Source: Cladosporium halotolerans (lineage: Eukaryota). From it: 64,000 bases of DNA. This document shows, one piece after another, positions 32,650-44,300 of this stretch (positions are counted from its first letter, which is position 1; each line of letters opens with the position of its first letter). The stretch spans positions 248,001-312,000 of the forward strand of contig NW_027191470.1 in NCBI RefSeq assembly GCF_011745625.1, written 5' to 3'. The position numbers were made by a program, and so were the translations under genes. Below the pieces are notes generated by a model, which was not told the origin of the DNA, made no database searches, and was given only the letters and a program-made list of their open reading frames with translations.

Positions 32650-33690
32650 TTACTTCTTCTTCCTCCCCCTACCACCTCGAGCAGGCCTCCCTCTGCCCCT
32701 CCCACTTCCACCCCTGCCAGATCGAGGCGCAGGAGTATTATCCTCGCTCCCCTCCTCTTCCTCCTCACTGCTCTCCTCATCCTCATCGTCCTCTTCATCC
32801 TCGCCTTCCTCCCCCTCACTCTCACTCTCACTCTCCTCATCCTCCTCCTCCTGCTCCGGAGCCTGCCTCGCCGACCTTCTCCTATTCCCCGCCGGCGCCT
32901 CCTTCGCCGCCTGCGCCCCGGCCCTCGCACTCGTGCTCCCCTTCGGCCGCCCCCTCGGCCTCTTAACCTGCTCCTCCACCTCCGGCGTCACAACGGGCTC
33001 CTCGCTCTCCGCCCTCGCGCGCAAACCCCGCACATAGCCCAGCGGCGGCTCGCGGTCCATGTTCACCTCGGGCAGCACGGCGGGGCTCTCGCTGCCGTCG
33101 CGGCGCTCCTTCGCGCCCGGCAGGCGGCGGCGCCACGCCTCGTCGGCCACGAACGCGTCGTCGTCCGGCAGCGCGAACGGCGCCGAGTGGATTTTGTTGC
33201 CCGCCAGGCTGTAGACGTCGTCTTCGGGCGCGGAGTCGTCGGAGGCGGAGGACGCGCGCGAGTCCGCGACGTCGGACAGCTGGCGCGCGTCTTCGCGCTC
33301 GTCGAGCGACTCGAGGTCGTAGAGCGTGGCGAGTTTGGCCCAGAGGCCGGAGATCGAGGTGTGGGGGCTTTTGGGGTGGATGTAGCGGTTGTCGAGGAGG
33401 TATTGGCGGATTTGGAGCATGCGGAAGTGTTTGTGGATGCCTGGGGTGTTGGGGTTAGTTAAGGGATTTTTTGAGAGCAGCCATTGAGAGGGTATGGGTG
33501 GCTCACCGGTCGGCTTCCATTTCACGACGGCCTTGAAGAGCCCGATGGCTTCCTCGTCGGTCCACGGGTCGTTCAGGACGTCTTCATCTGGTTTGCTCGG
33601 AGACTGCGCGGCAGGCGTTGGTGTTTTGTGCTGGTCAGTCGCAGCAGGCGAGGTCGCCTGTGATACTCGCGCACGCTTTTTGGGCGGCAT
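32650..33690 (-). CDS. EAF7: NuA4 subunit Eaf7 (CT20/MRGBP family); one 66-nt intron (33506-33441)
   Basis: DPWTDEEAIGLFKAVVKWKPT|GIHKHFRM, GLWAKLATLYDLESLDERE; AT-hook-like RPRGRPK; acidic tail. Confidence 0.88.
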   Translation of the reverse strand: MPPKKRARVSQATSPAATDQHKTPTPAAQSPSKPDEDVLNDPWTDEEAIGLFKAVVKWKPTGEPPIPSQWLLSKNPLTNPNTPGIHKHFRMLQIRQYLLDNRYIHPKSPHTSISGLWAKLATLYDLESLDEREDARQLSDVADSRASSASDDSAPEDDVYSLAGNKIHSAPFALPDDDAFVADEAWRRRLPGAKERRDGSESPAVLPEVNMDREPPLGYVRGLRARAESEEPVVTPEVEEQVKRPRGRPKGSTSARAGAQAAKEAPAGNRRRSARQAPEQEEEDEESESESEGEEGEDEEDDEDEESSEEEEEGSEDNTPAPRSGRGGSGRGRGRPARGGRGRKKK

Positions 33691-34268
33691 GATTGTGGAG
33701 GTTTGCTTGAACGAGGACGTGTTGACAGAGCTCGATCGTGGTTCAGTGGTTTGACATGTGACTGATGCACGCTGGCCCGCGATTCAAGGTTCGGGCCTTT
33801 GCGCGCCTCACGCGCCATGACATCGGTGTTCTTGGAAGTGGTGAGAGCGTCTGTGGAACAAACTCGTGTGCGGTGACACCGTTTGCAGTCGCACGAGATG
33901 CATGAATCTCAATCGTGACCGACAGGTCAACCTGTATGCGCACATATAGCACGTAGCACAAAAATATCATTTAGTACGTTGCAGCGAACGAGGTGTCCGA
34001 TCGATTCCGCGGCACCAATGGCTCGCGCGTTTCGCTTCCAAGCCTGATCTGCCCCGCTTCCAACCTCTCCGACCGCCAGCAAGCTCCAGCGCGAGGTGCA
34101 GGCGCGACTAATAAAGCAGGAAATCGCGCTCTCTGTTCCTCGACCTCACGTTTGCTGTTGCGCGGTGACTCTCTTCTCGCTCTGTGTCCGCACATCCCTA
34201 ACTCTAGTTCCATTCCTACCTAACGAACGCGAGTGACTCTCAGGATAGGATCCACGCCTCTGGACGCA

Positions 34269-36312
34269 ATGGTTCGCTGGGCAAAGTTGGTCGCCCTGTT
34301 TCCATTGGGAGGAATTTCTCAAATATGATTGCTGACGATTTTCTCAAGGCTGTTCGGCTGGGATGCACGGGATCGTCGGCATATTCACGATGAGATCCAG
34401 GCCTTGCTGCCGTCTCATCGCGGTGACGCCATCCCATCTGCTATTCCTGCTCGAGATGTCACCCACATCGCGCTTCGTCTGAAGTTCCAGCTCGAGATGG
34501 TCATTCCCTGCGAGCTGCCCGAGGAGCGCGTTACAGCAGCGCACAGCAATGTCATCACAGATGCTGTAGTGGCAACTGCCAAATCGGCTGGCAAGCTAAA
34601 TGACAAGGACTACTCTTCTTGCGTGGTCTACTGTCTGCTCATCGTCAAGAACTGGTTCAAACGCCAGGCGAAGCTCGAGCTCTGGGACTGCGAGCTCCAC
34701 GAGCTCCGTGCCGAGGCTTGCGAGGTGATTGCTAAGAAAATCATCGAGGCCGAGGACGACATGACCTTCCTCATGCAGGACATACTGCTCAAGCGTTACA
34801 GTATTGTCGTTGACGGCGAGGACACTAAGCCTGTCAACGCGGTGGAGAAGGCAGTTGATCTGCATGCCGTAAGAGTGATTGGCAGCTCTGGCTATCAGAA
34901 GTGCGTCTCTTATCTGTGGCGCGGCTGGCTTGTTCAAGACGACGACGACCCTAGCCGCTTCGTCGATTACCGAAAGAAAGCCAACACCGACTACTGGGCG
35001 CACTTCGATCCCGACCGCATGCGTGTGCCCCTATACCAGAATGCAGTTCAGATCGCGTTCAGTCTCATCTTCTTGGGTCTCTACACTGGCGCGATTAATA
35101 CGATTAACCCAGAAGGTGACCTGGATGTCGTCGAGATTCTGCTGTACATCTTCACTCTGGGCTTCGTCTGCGATGAACTCGCCAAATTCTGGAAGGTGGG
35201 TAGGTACTACATAGGATTCTGGAACGTGTTCAACAGCACGCTCTACATGCTGCTCACCGTCAGCTTCATCATGCGCATGATTGCTCTGGCTTATCCTGTG
35301 GACACTGCGATCCGACTTCACTACAATGAGCTCAGCTATGACTTCCTGGCCTTCAGTGCGCCAATGTTCTGGATGCGCTTACTGCTCTACCTCGACGGTT
35401 TCCGCTTCTTTGGTGCCATGCTCGTTGTGCTGAAGGTATGAGTGTCCCTTCAATCGTCATCTAGCTATGGAACTAACACGTCACAGGTCATGATGAAAGA
35501 GTCTCTAATCTTCTTCGCCCTTCTCATCGTCGTCTTGATCGGCTTCCTCCAAGCATTCGTCGGCATGGACTCCGCAGATGATAACGCCGTCACCGCCGTC
35601 GGATTCATCTCGACACAAATGGTAAGTCATCTCGGCATGATCAACACCCACCAGAACGGCACTGACCTCAATCCCCCAGCTGAACGCCATCATGGGCTCT
35701 CCCGAATTCGACCAGTGGGACCGCTTCGCGCCCCCCTTCGGCCTCATCCTCTACTACATCTACAACTTCATCATCATCGTCATCCTGCTCAACGTCCTCA
35801 TCGCCCTGTACAATTCCGCCTACGAAGACGTCACCGACAACGCCATCGACGAATACCTCGCGCTCTTCAGCCAGAAGACCCTCCAATTCGTCCGCGCCCC
35901 GGACGAGAACGTCTTCATCGCGCCCTTCAACCTCGTCGAGATGGTCTGCCTCTCGCTGCCCTTCGAGTGGTGGATGAGCAAGGCGCAGTACGCCCGCCTG
36001 AACGACTACGTCATGGGCGTGCTCTACTCGCCGCTGCTGCTCGTGACCGCGTACCTGGAGACGCGCACGGCGCGCAGCGTGCGCTTCAACCGTAAGCGCC
36101 ACGAGGCTGACGACGACACGATCGAGGAGTGGGAGCAGCTGGCCGAGGAGCTGGATGTCGAGGGCTCCGGCTGGGCGAAGAAGGTGCAGGATACCGCGCC
36201 GAACGTTGTCACGGATGCTACTTCGCTGCAGCTTAAGGAGCTGAGGCAGGACGTTAAGGAGTTGAAGGAGCTGTTGAGTGCTCTGCGGGGGATCAATGGG
36301 AACGATGACTGA
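34269..36312 (+). CDS. YVC1: Vacuolar TRP cation channel Yvc1; 4 exons (introns 34286-34348, 35436-35486, 35622-35679)
   Basis: AVEKAVDLHAVRVIGSSGYQKC, FDPDRMRVPLYQN, FFGAMLVVLK|VMMKES, LLNVLIALYNSAY, FVRAPDENVFIAPFNL. Confidence 0.92.
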
Positions 36313-36700
36313 GTGGCGTTGGTGTCTGGTGATGGTGTTCTGCTGGGACGTGGGCCCAGTCGTTTGCCAGTATCAAGTGACGTCGATGGGAGGATGGCAG
36401 ATTGACAGGGATGCGGGTGCGTGTTGGATTGAGAGATTGATGAAAGAGTGTATCAAATATTGGTTTTGATTGTGTACCTAATATTAGTCACGAAGGGTCG
36501 CGTCGAACCATTTTTCTTCGAAACCAAAAATCCTTTTCTTCCTGAAGAAAACGCGATGTACGAGAATTCCTCCTTCCGTGAAGCATTTGGGTATCGTGCA
36601 CTATTACTACCATAAGGGAAACCGTTCCCTTCTCCTTTCCCCCAAAAAAATAAAATAGAATCCGGTCCAAGCCAAGCCAAGAACAGCGCCACGGTGGACT

Positions 36701-38071
36701 CTAAGCCTTGTGCCCATTCACCCCGTTGGGCACTTCAGCAGGAGCATTCACGGCCAGCTTCCGCGGCTGCTTTTTGTGCACTAGTGGCGGTGGTTGCTTG
36801 CCGCCTTCGCTCGCCCCAGCCACAGACTGCTCGTCGTGCGAAAGCGAGCCATTGCTACTCGCGCGATTGAGTTGACGCACAATGGAATTGAAGCGGTCCT
36901 CGGGCAGTTTCCGCGGACTGATCGTCTCGGCGATGATGTTCATGCGGCGCGACGCTTCTTTCGCAGAAGCAAGACTGGGTGCCGCGAAACTCGACGACCG
37001 CTTCGCTTCGGGCGAGCCGTTCGACGTCCTCGAGCCGTTGGCGCTCGCGGGCCTTCGGGGCGTGCTCTTTCGAGGCGTGGGCGAGGGCGAGGGCGGCGGT
37101 TGTATTCGGACTCTGCGCGGGGTGCGCGGTTGCGGTTGCGGTTGCATTTGGGGGTTTCGGATGTCGACCGACATGCGCGAGGAGGTGATCCGGCGCATCA
37201 TTCCTTTTTGGTTCACGCTATGAGTATATTATTCTCAGAATGGTGGTTGCTTTGGACAGGGGTTCAGGGGGTGGGATTGCTCACCTCTTGCGCTGTTCTT
37301 GCTGTGGCATTGTTGCCCGTCTCGGTGGTCGTGGTAGTCGCACGGCTCGCCTTCGGTGGGGTCGTCGAACAGCATTCCGCCGGACAGTGAGCGGATTGCG
37401 TTGACCATTTCGACGGCGAAGTCGGGGTTCTTCTCGAAGCACTTGCGGTAGCTTTCGGCGTCTTTGTCCTCGTCTGGATCCATAATCTGGCGCGCCGCGA
37501 TGTTGGTCATGAGTTTTCGGAAGGGCGAACGCGTGGGAGAGGCGCGGTAGATCTCATTGATTTCGTCCGGATCCGGGACCAGTTGCGCCTCGTTGAGCTC
37601 GCGCCGGTAGCGGTCCATGGCGATGTTCTTAAGCCGCGTCATATCGAACTTGTCGCAAAGCACGTATAGTTTGTGGCAGGCGACCGCGTGCTCGTATTTC
37701 TCCATGTCCGTCATCCCCGCCGCGTCTTCCAGCGCGCCCTGATACAGCCATTTGACCAGCAGCTCGAAGCCCCTAGGGTCTCCGTCCGGCAGTTCCAGCG
37801 TGTTGGCGCCATCACCCGCCTTTCCCTTGCGCGGGACCTCGTGGCCCACGAGCTCGGTCTCGAAGTACGACGAATGGTGGCAGAGCAAGTTGCGGTGCAG
37901 CGTCCAGTGGCGGCGTTCGGCGCCCACGAAGATGTCGACGGTGGGGCCCGCGAGGAGTCTTTTGCGCAGGGTTTTAGCTTCCGCGCTCTCTTTCTGCCCG
38001 TCCACGACCTCGCCCGCGCCGATGGCGAACCACAGGTGCGAGCGCGCCGGCGAGCCGACGAAGGCGCTCAT
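36701..38071 (-). CDS. BTB/POZ-domain protein with a disordered C-terminal tail; intron 37284 to ~37204
   Basis: VDIFVGAERRHWTLHRNLLCHHSSYF, LPDGDPRGFELLVKWLYQG, LYVLCDKF, CDYHDH; the start codon and splice acceptor are uncertain. Confidence 0.8.
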
Positions 38072-38963
38072 GGCTGCTGGCCGGCGGCGGCGCGTCGTGG
38101 TGCTGGGGGCACTGGGCAATGGCAATTGAGAGGGACAAGACGTACTCGGCAAACACGGCGGCGCTGGTGTCGCGGATGCTCGAGCCCGCCATGCGCGGAC
38201 CCGGCGAGACAAGCACGGGTTTGGTGTCGGAGTAGGCGAAGTCGCGCGAGTAGATGGGCGGCGGCGTGAGGTGTGCTTCTTTGCGCCGGGAGGCGTGGGA
38301 GGTCGTAGGATCGGGCGATCGACTGCCCATTAGGTCCGGGTGTTGCGCTGGGTGCAGGCTACACGTTCGGCGTGCTCGCGCAAGCAAGGGCGCATGGTGG
38401 AATGTGTACGGGAATGCAACGGGCGATTGTTGCGCGGTTTGCGCGAAGCATGGGAGCTGGGACGCCGTAAGACAGGTCTCACTCTCGCTGATGACATCAC
38501 GCTTCGAGATTGGGAGCATTGAGCAAAACAATATCCGAACGGGTTTGACAAACAAACAGTGCTTTTGTGCCTTGTTCAATGAGTCAGCGTTTGAAGCTCT
38601 TTTCGTGGTCCTGAAATCTCGCTCAATCTACCTGACATTCCGTCGTTTTTTGACATCGTTTTCTGATCGTTTATTCGTGATACTACCTGATCACTTGACA
38701 AGCACGATTGGACGATAGCAGTTCAAGCAATGTCTGTCAGTCTGCAAAGGTAGGTCATCGATCGAATACGTGCTCGGGTCTCGATCTTACTATGGAAAAT
38801 AATCGATACCTGAATTGAATGAAGCTCAACATAACGAATCGTCATGTCAACGATATCCTGTTTCTTGACAACCCAATGCATGTTTCGGAATCCTTTGATT
38901 TCCTCATTTATGATACATCGATGCTGCACACGTTTCTTTATGTTTCATACACTCGTAAAGCAA

Positions 38964-40997
38964 TCACCAACGATCGTCGTCGTCAGCGACATCAAATGCG
39001 TCCATGGACTCCACGGCCGGCGCAGCTGGCTCGCTCACATCCATCTTGTAGTCCTCCTGCGCTTCGTTGCCGTTGCCGCTCGATCCATTGGGGACGACGG
39101 TAATAGGTGGGTTCGGCTGCCAGCTCAATTCCACCTGACCGATGTGTGGGATTCCGGAGGATGCTCCAGCGGCGGCCATGAAGTTCTCTGCGCGGTAACG
39201 CTCTTCGAATGCCAGAAGAGCAGCATCAGCGCGATCCGGATGCTTGGACAGCTCTGCATGCTCCAGGTTGTTGCTTAGTAGTAGATACTGCCTCAGCGCC
39301 TCGTCATGCTGGTCATAAGTGCCACTCGGGAAGACAATCGAAACGGTCTTCGGTCGGTTGTCGAGACGCTTGACAGCTCCTCCTCTCATACTACCACCTC
39401 GGAATCCTGGGTTCCAGCCTCTACCTCTGAACCCACCGCGGCCACGGAAACCGCCCCTGCCGCGGTATCCAGACGCTCCAGACCATCCGTTGGGTGCAGC
39501 TTCAGGGTCAATGCCCAGACTATGAGCCTCTGCCTCAAGCTTCGCCAACTGTTCTTGCAGTCCTTTCGGGTCACCTTGCGAGTTGCCGCCGTTCGTACTC
39601 GGTGACTGCGCGGCCGCTGGGCTAGCAGGCTTGCCACTCCTTTTCGCAAGCATATCGGCCAATTTCTTCTTCTCTGCCTCCATTGCCTTGATCTTTGCAT
39701 CAACGTCAAGCCTTTGCTGTTCTGTCTCTGCTCTCTGCTTTGCAGATTCATCATGCTTCCGCTGTGCTTCCTCCTGGCGTCTCGCAAACTCCTCGGGGTC
39801 GATCTGAGGCTCTTGCTCCTTCATTTCGACATCACCCTCGCCAGCTCCTCCAGCATTGCTAGGCTTGTGCGATGAGTCGGACTTGTGCCAGTAGACTTTC
39901 ACGAACCTGTTGTCAAAAATGACCTTCGGGCTGTCGTAAGCGGCTTTCGCACCATCGTAAGAATCGTATCTGACTGTCGCCAGGCGCTTGTGTGGCTGCA
40001 GACCAACTTCCTCGATGGTTCCAAACTCACTGAAGAAGTCGCGTACCGTCTGCTCGTCAAATTTATCCTCTGGGATTTGCTCAACGACGATAGTCGTGTT
40101 CGATCGATCGAAGTTCTGCCCTTGAATCGAGATGTCTGCTCGTCTTCCGCCTCCCCTGAAGTTTCCGCCACGTCCGCGACCGCGGCCTCTTCCACCGCCG
40201 CGACTGGAGTCGCCGAACTGATCGACCGGCGGAAATCCTGGGAGAGCAGAGTTTGAAGGATCGTACTGCTCAGTAGCCGGCGCAATGAGTGCCTCGTCTC
40301 CATGCTCATACGGGCACGATGCGCCACGCGCGCAGAAACCCTTCCTGTCGTAGTCAAAGCAGCGACGTCCGGGCTTCTTCTGGACCGGCGGCGCTCCAGG
40401 CATAGGCGGCATACCCTGCATGCCCATCGCTTGCTGCATGGCCATGAGCATGGACATGGGGTTATTCGGATCGTATGGCGGCATGCCTGGCGGAGGCGCG
40501 GGCATCTGACCCATCTGAGGCATGGGCGGCATTTGCCATTGTTGCTGCTGCATGGGTGGTTGCGCAAAGCGGCCTCCGCGACCATCGAATCCTCCTCGAC
40601 CGCCGCCACGGCGCATCTGCTTCACGGGCCTGTCGCCTCCCTCATATGATTGTATTCTCCCAGTCTGCGCCTCATCATCGTCGAATGCTCTCTTCCTGGA
40701 CTCGAAAGGCTGCTGTTGCACGAATGAGGGTGCGGGCGCGGGCGCAGGCTTTGACGGGTCGAAAGATTTGGTCTGAATGGCGGCGATGATATCTTCGACA
40801 AAAGCCTCCGTTCCGTCCTGTAAGAAGTCTTTCAGGTTCTCCACGCAATTGTCTCTGACAATGGGCTCCGGGTCGTCCGTCTTCACCAGTGCCAGAACAT
40901 AGTCTGCCATGACATCGCCGTCAGCGTCGCTGATATCCTCGAGGCGCTTCATGACCCATTGCTTCAGTAGCTCCGTTTCATTATCGTCGAGCTGCAT
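38964..40997 (-). CDS. PWI + CCCH zinc finger + RRM RNA-binding protein (RBM26/RBM27/Rmn1-like)
   Basis: LEDISDADGDVMADYVLALVK (PWI), CFDYDRKGFCARGASCPYEH (CCCH), AYDSPKVIFDNRFVKVYWH (RRM), LDNRPK. Confidence 0.9.
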   Translation of the reverse strand: MQLDDNETELLKQWVMKRLEDISDADGDVMADYVLALVKTDDPEPIVRDNCVENLKDFLQDGTEAFVEDIIAAIQTKSFDPSKPAPAPAPSFVQQQPFESRKRAFDDDEAQTGRIQSYEGGDRPVKQMRRGGGRGGFDGRGGRFAQPPMQQQQWQMPPMPQMGQMPAPPPGMPPYDPNNPMSMLMAMQQAMGMQGMPPMPGAPPVQKKPGRRCFDYDRKGFCARGASCPYEHGDEALIAPATEQYDPSNSALPGFPPVDQFGDSSRGGGRGRGRGRGGNFRGGGRRADISIQGQNFDRSNTTIVVEQIPEDKFDEQTVRDFFSEFGTIEEVGLQPHKRLATVRYDSYDGAKAAYDSPKVIFDNRFVKVYWHKSDSSHKPSNAGGAGEGDVEMKEQEPQIDPEEFARRQEEAQRKHDESAKQRAETEQQRLDVDAKIKAMEAEKKKLADMLAKRSGKPASPAAAQSPSTNGGNSQGDPKGLQEQLAKLEAEAHSLGIDPEAAPNGWSGASGYRGRGGFRGRGGFRGRGWNPGFRGGSMRGGAVKRLDNRPKTVSIVFPSGTYDQHDEALRQYLLLSNNLEHAELSKHPDRADAALLAFEERYRAENFMAAAGASSGIPHIGQVELSWQPNPPITVVPNGSSGNGNEAQEDYKMDVSEPAAPAVESMDAFDVADDDDRW

Positions 40998-41317
40998 CTT
41001 GGCGAGATTTGTGCACGCAAAGAGGTGCAGTGCTCCAGATGTGCTTGTGTGGAAAGTGGTTGTAGGAAAAGTCGAGACGTGAATCTGCAGCGCGCGTCTG
41101 ACGCAACGCGAGCGAGCTGGGGAAAGCTGCTGCTGGCTTGCGCGGGATTGCGCTCGAGGACATCCGTGCACTTTCACATGCTCTTGGATCTGCGACAGCT
41201 GCTTGCGATTCCATTCTCGTCTTGTATTCTCGATCGATGTTGGTCCGGTGCGCGCGTTTGTCGGTCCGCAAGGCACTATGAGGGAGGCTCACGTAGCGCC
41301 CCTCCTTTCGCGACACC

Positions 41318-44300
41318 ATGGCGGACTTGACCGCGTCGCCTCTGGGGCCCTCTGGAGGCTTCAACTGGGTCTTCCTCGTTGATCTGCTGGTTTGCGCGGT
41401 CTTGGCCCTGTTCTTCCTTTTCTACTTCAATCGTTTGTTTGCTACGGTCGTATCGTACGGCATTCGAGCCTGGACCTGGCACAAATATCGCGCGTACATC
41501 GACATATCCGCCCTGCAGATCAGCTTGCTGGGAGGGCGACTGTTCTTCAAGAGCATTCGCTACCACGCGCATAATGAGACGGTTCTTGTACATGATGGAC
41601 ACATCACCTGGAGATACTGGCTGCGGGCCGTACAGGAGGCTGAGATCTTCCAGGAGCTGGAGAACGACAAGCTGCAGAAGGAGAGGTCTTCGAGCATGTC
41701 AGGGGACGGACAGAGCGAGAGCAGCGGCAGCGAGAAGACGAGAGATCGCAGTCGGAGTGTGGGCAAGGCAGAGGCTGGAGGGAAGCCAAAGAAGGAGCAG
41801 CCATGTCGTATCTCCGTGAAGGTATCGGGCGTTGAGGCTTTCTTGTACAATCGCTCTCCAGCCTACGACATGATCGTTGAAGCTGCGAGGAAACAGACCG
41901 GACGATCAGGTAGCTCCAAAAATGCTTCGGAGAAACCAGACGGCCCTCCTGCCTCTTCCGGATCCGATTCCAGCAACATACCAGAAGACAACAAGGAGAA
42001 GTCTGACTTGCGGAAGATGGACACGACGGCCACAAGTGCAAGCGATGAGCGACGCCAGGCGCCCGAGCCTCCTTCCTTTCTCCGGATGCTTCCTATCAGA
42101 ATAGATTGCAAGAAAGCTGCTGCTGCTGTGGGCAACGAAAACACGACGAGCATCATCACCGCAAAACTCGACAACGCTGGTGGTACTTTCGATGCTGGCA
42201 AAGCCGGCTCTCTCGACATCTTCAAGCTACTGATGAAATTTGAATTCAAGAATGTCAAAGTTGCGATGAAGCCGAACAAAGACTTCAAACAGCTGCAACT
42301 AGATGCTGCAAAGCGAATCGTGCGTGAACGCGAGCTCACCGACAAACCAATCGAGAGGCCGACTTTCCATCCCTTTGAAGGCTTTAAGTCCCCATTCGAA
42401 GGGTTCGCCAAGTTCTTCCGTCGGCGCAGGCGGAATAAGGGCTCTATAAGGACCGCTTCGATTACGTCAGATGTGCAAGACGCGCCGACTGCGGCAACCC
42501 AAGATCCTATACCTGGTCAAGCTCAATGGCACGGTCTCATGCGCTATCTTGACGATAACGACGAGGAGGTCAATGAGTGGCAAGACGTAGAGTATGCAAA
42601 AGCATCCACTCTAGTCGACGTTGAGCAAATCGGCATGCGTTTTTATTGGGACATCCCAGGCAAAGTGCCAGATTCATCTGCCGAGCATGATCGTCTTCTT
42701 CAAAGTGATCAAGAGGACCACATGAACGGAAGCAAGCCTCCTGACTATGGTTTGGACTTTGCGGTACACGGTGGTTTCATTGTCTACGGCCCTTGGGCAG
42801 ACCGCCAGCGAATCAATCTTCAGAATGTCTTTTTTCCGGCTTCCTATGTGGATGCTATCCCGTCGCAACCCTTGAAACCTGGCACAGACCGTGTCTCAAC
42901 GATCTTTAAGATTTTTATTTCTATCGAGAAAGACGTCACTCTTCGTATCCCAACACGCGAGCCATCAAAAGACAGCAAGTGGCATGGTCGAGCCAATCGC
43001 AACAAGCCCGATGCTGAGCAAGATACCTCTGGCGGTAAAGGCAGACATGGCAAGAAGTCCAAGCATGGTCGACGCCGCAAAGCGAAGAAGAGCGCGCCAG
43101 CAGATGCAAGGCCATATGCCTGGCTTGATATCAAGGTGAAAGCTGACACGACGGTGAACTACGTGATGGACATGTTTGCTCGACAGAATGGCTATCGAAA
43201 CAGCCTTGATTTGGAGGTCAAGGGGACTGAGATTACCAGCAGCGTCAATCATGGTTTGCTCTGGCGAGCCGGCGCGCTGAACATGGAAGCCGATCTGTCG
43301 TACCCTATCGCTTGGAACACCCTGCGTGACTGGCCTTTCAAATTGACTTGCGACGACCTTGAGCTCTTCATCTTGCGCGACCACATGTTTCTCATCACTG
43401 ATCTCGTCAATGATTGGTCTTCCGGGCCTCCGCCTGACTTTTACACCTTCGTACCTTACAAGTACGGGATGGATCTCAACTTCCGCAATTGGAAGATGTT
43501 TCTCAACACGAACGACGCCAACATCATCAACGATCCAGCCGAGTTTGACAAGAATGAGTTCCTGACCCTCGAAGGCCAAGATCTGAAAGCCGTCCTTGAC
43601 ATTCCGCTGAGAAATTTTCGACCTAAAGTGAACGACATCTCTTTTGATGTGCTCTCGCTGGGAATGTCCATGAGGATGCTGAACTCGCCACGCAACACAT
43701 TGAAAACCCTGCTTCCCGAGAAACAAGTTGCTGAATTGCCAAAGTTGACCCTCGTAGGCTCTTTCTCCGCCAATCAAGAATCTGCGGCTGGGCTTTGCGA
43801 TGTCCTGCGCATGGACCTTGTAGGCTATGGTCTGTCGCTAAAGGCCTATGGGTTCTTGGTGCGGCACTTCATCAACGTGAAAGAGAACTACTTCGGCGAC
43901 TATGTTCACTTCAAAACGCTTGAGGAATTCCAAGATGCTGGTCATGACTTGAAAGAGTCCAATGAGATGACCATCAGTCTGCCTAAGCCCCAGACTGCAA
44001 ACGAAATGGATGTCATCTTGTGCATTGCTGCTGAAGAGGCAACCGTCATGTTCCCGACCAATCTCTATCAAGCAGAAGAGTTCGTCCGTGTCGACGTGCA
44101 ACATGCCGCCATCGACCTAAGGCTCACCAGCTATTACATGGATCTTGCGATCAACTTCTCTCCGATCAACTGTCTGCTGGGTGCCTCTTCCGGCGATTCC
44201 GATTCACCAGACGACAACGTTTCTAACACACAACTCTACATCCACCACGTTGACCTCAATGGGCATCGAGCTTTCGGCCTCCCCCCTAATGAACCGGCTT

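Noticed and set aside
31411..33462. Antisense and alternative-frame ORFs over eIF2-alpha and EAF7
   Set aside because: Shadow ORFs of GC3-rich coding sequence with low-complexity translations.
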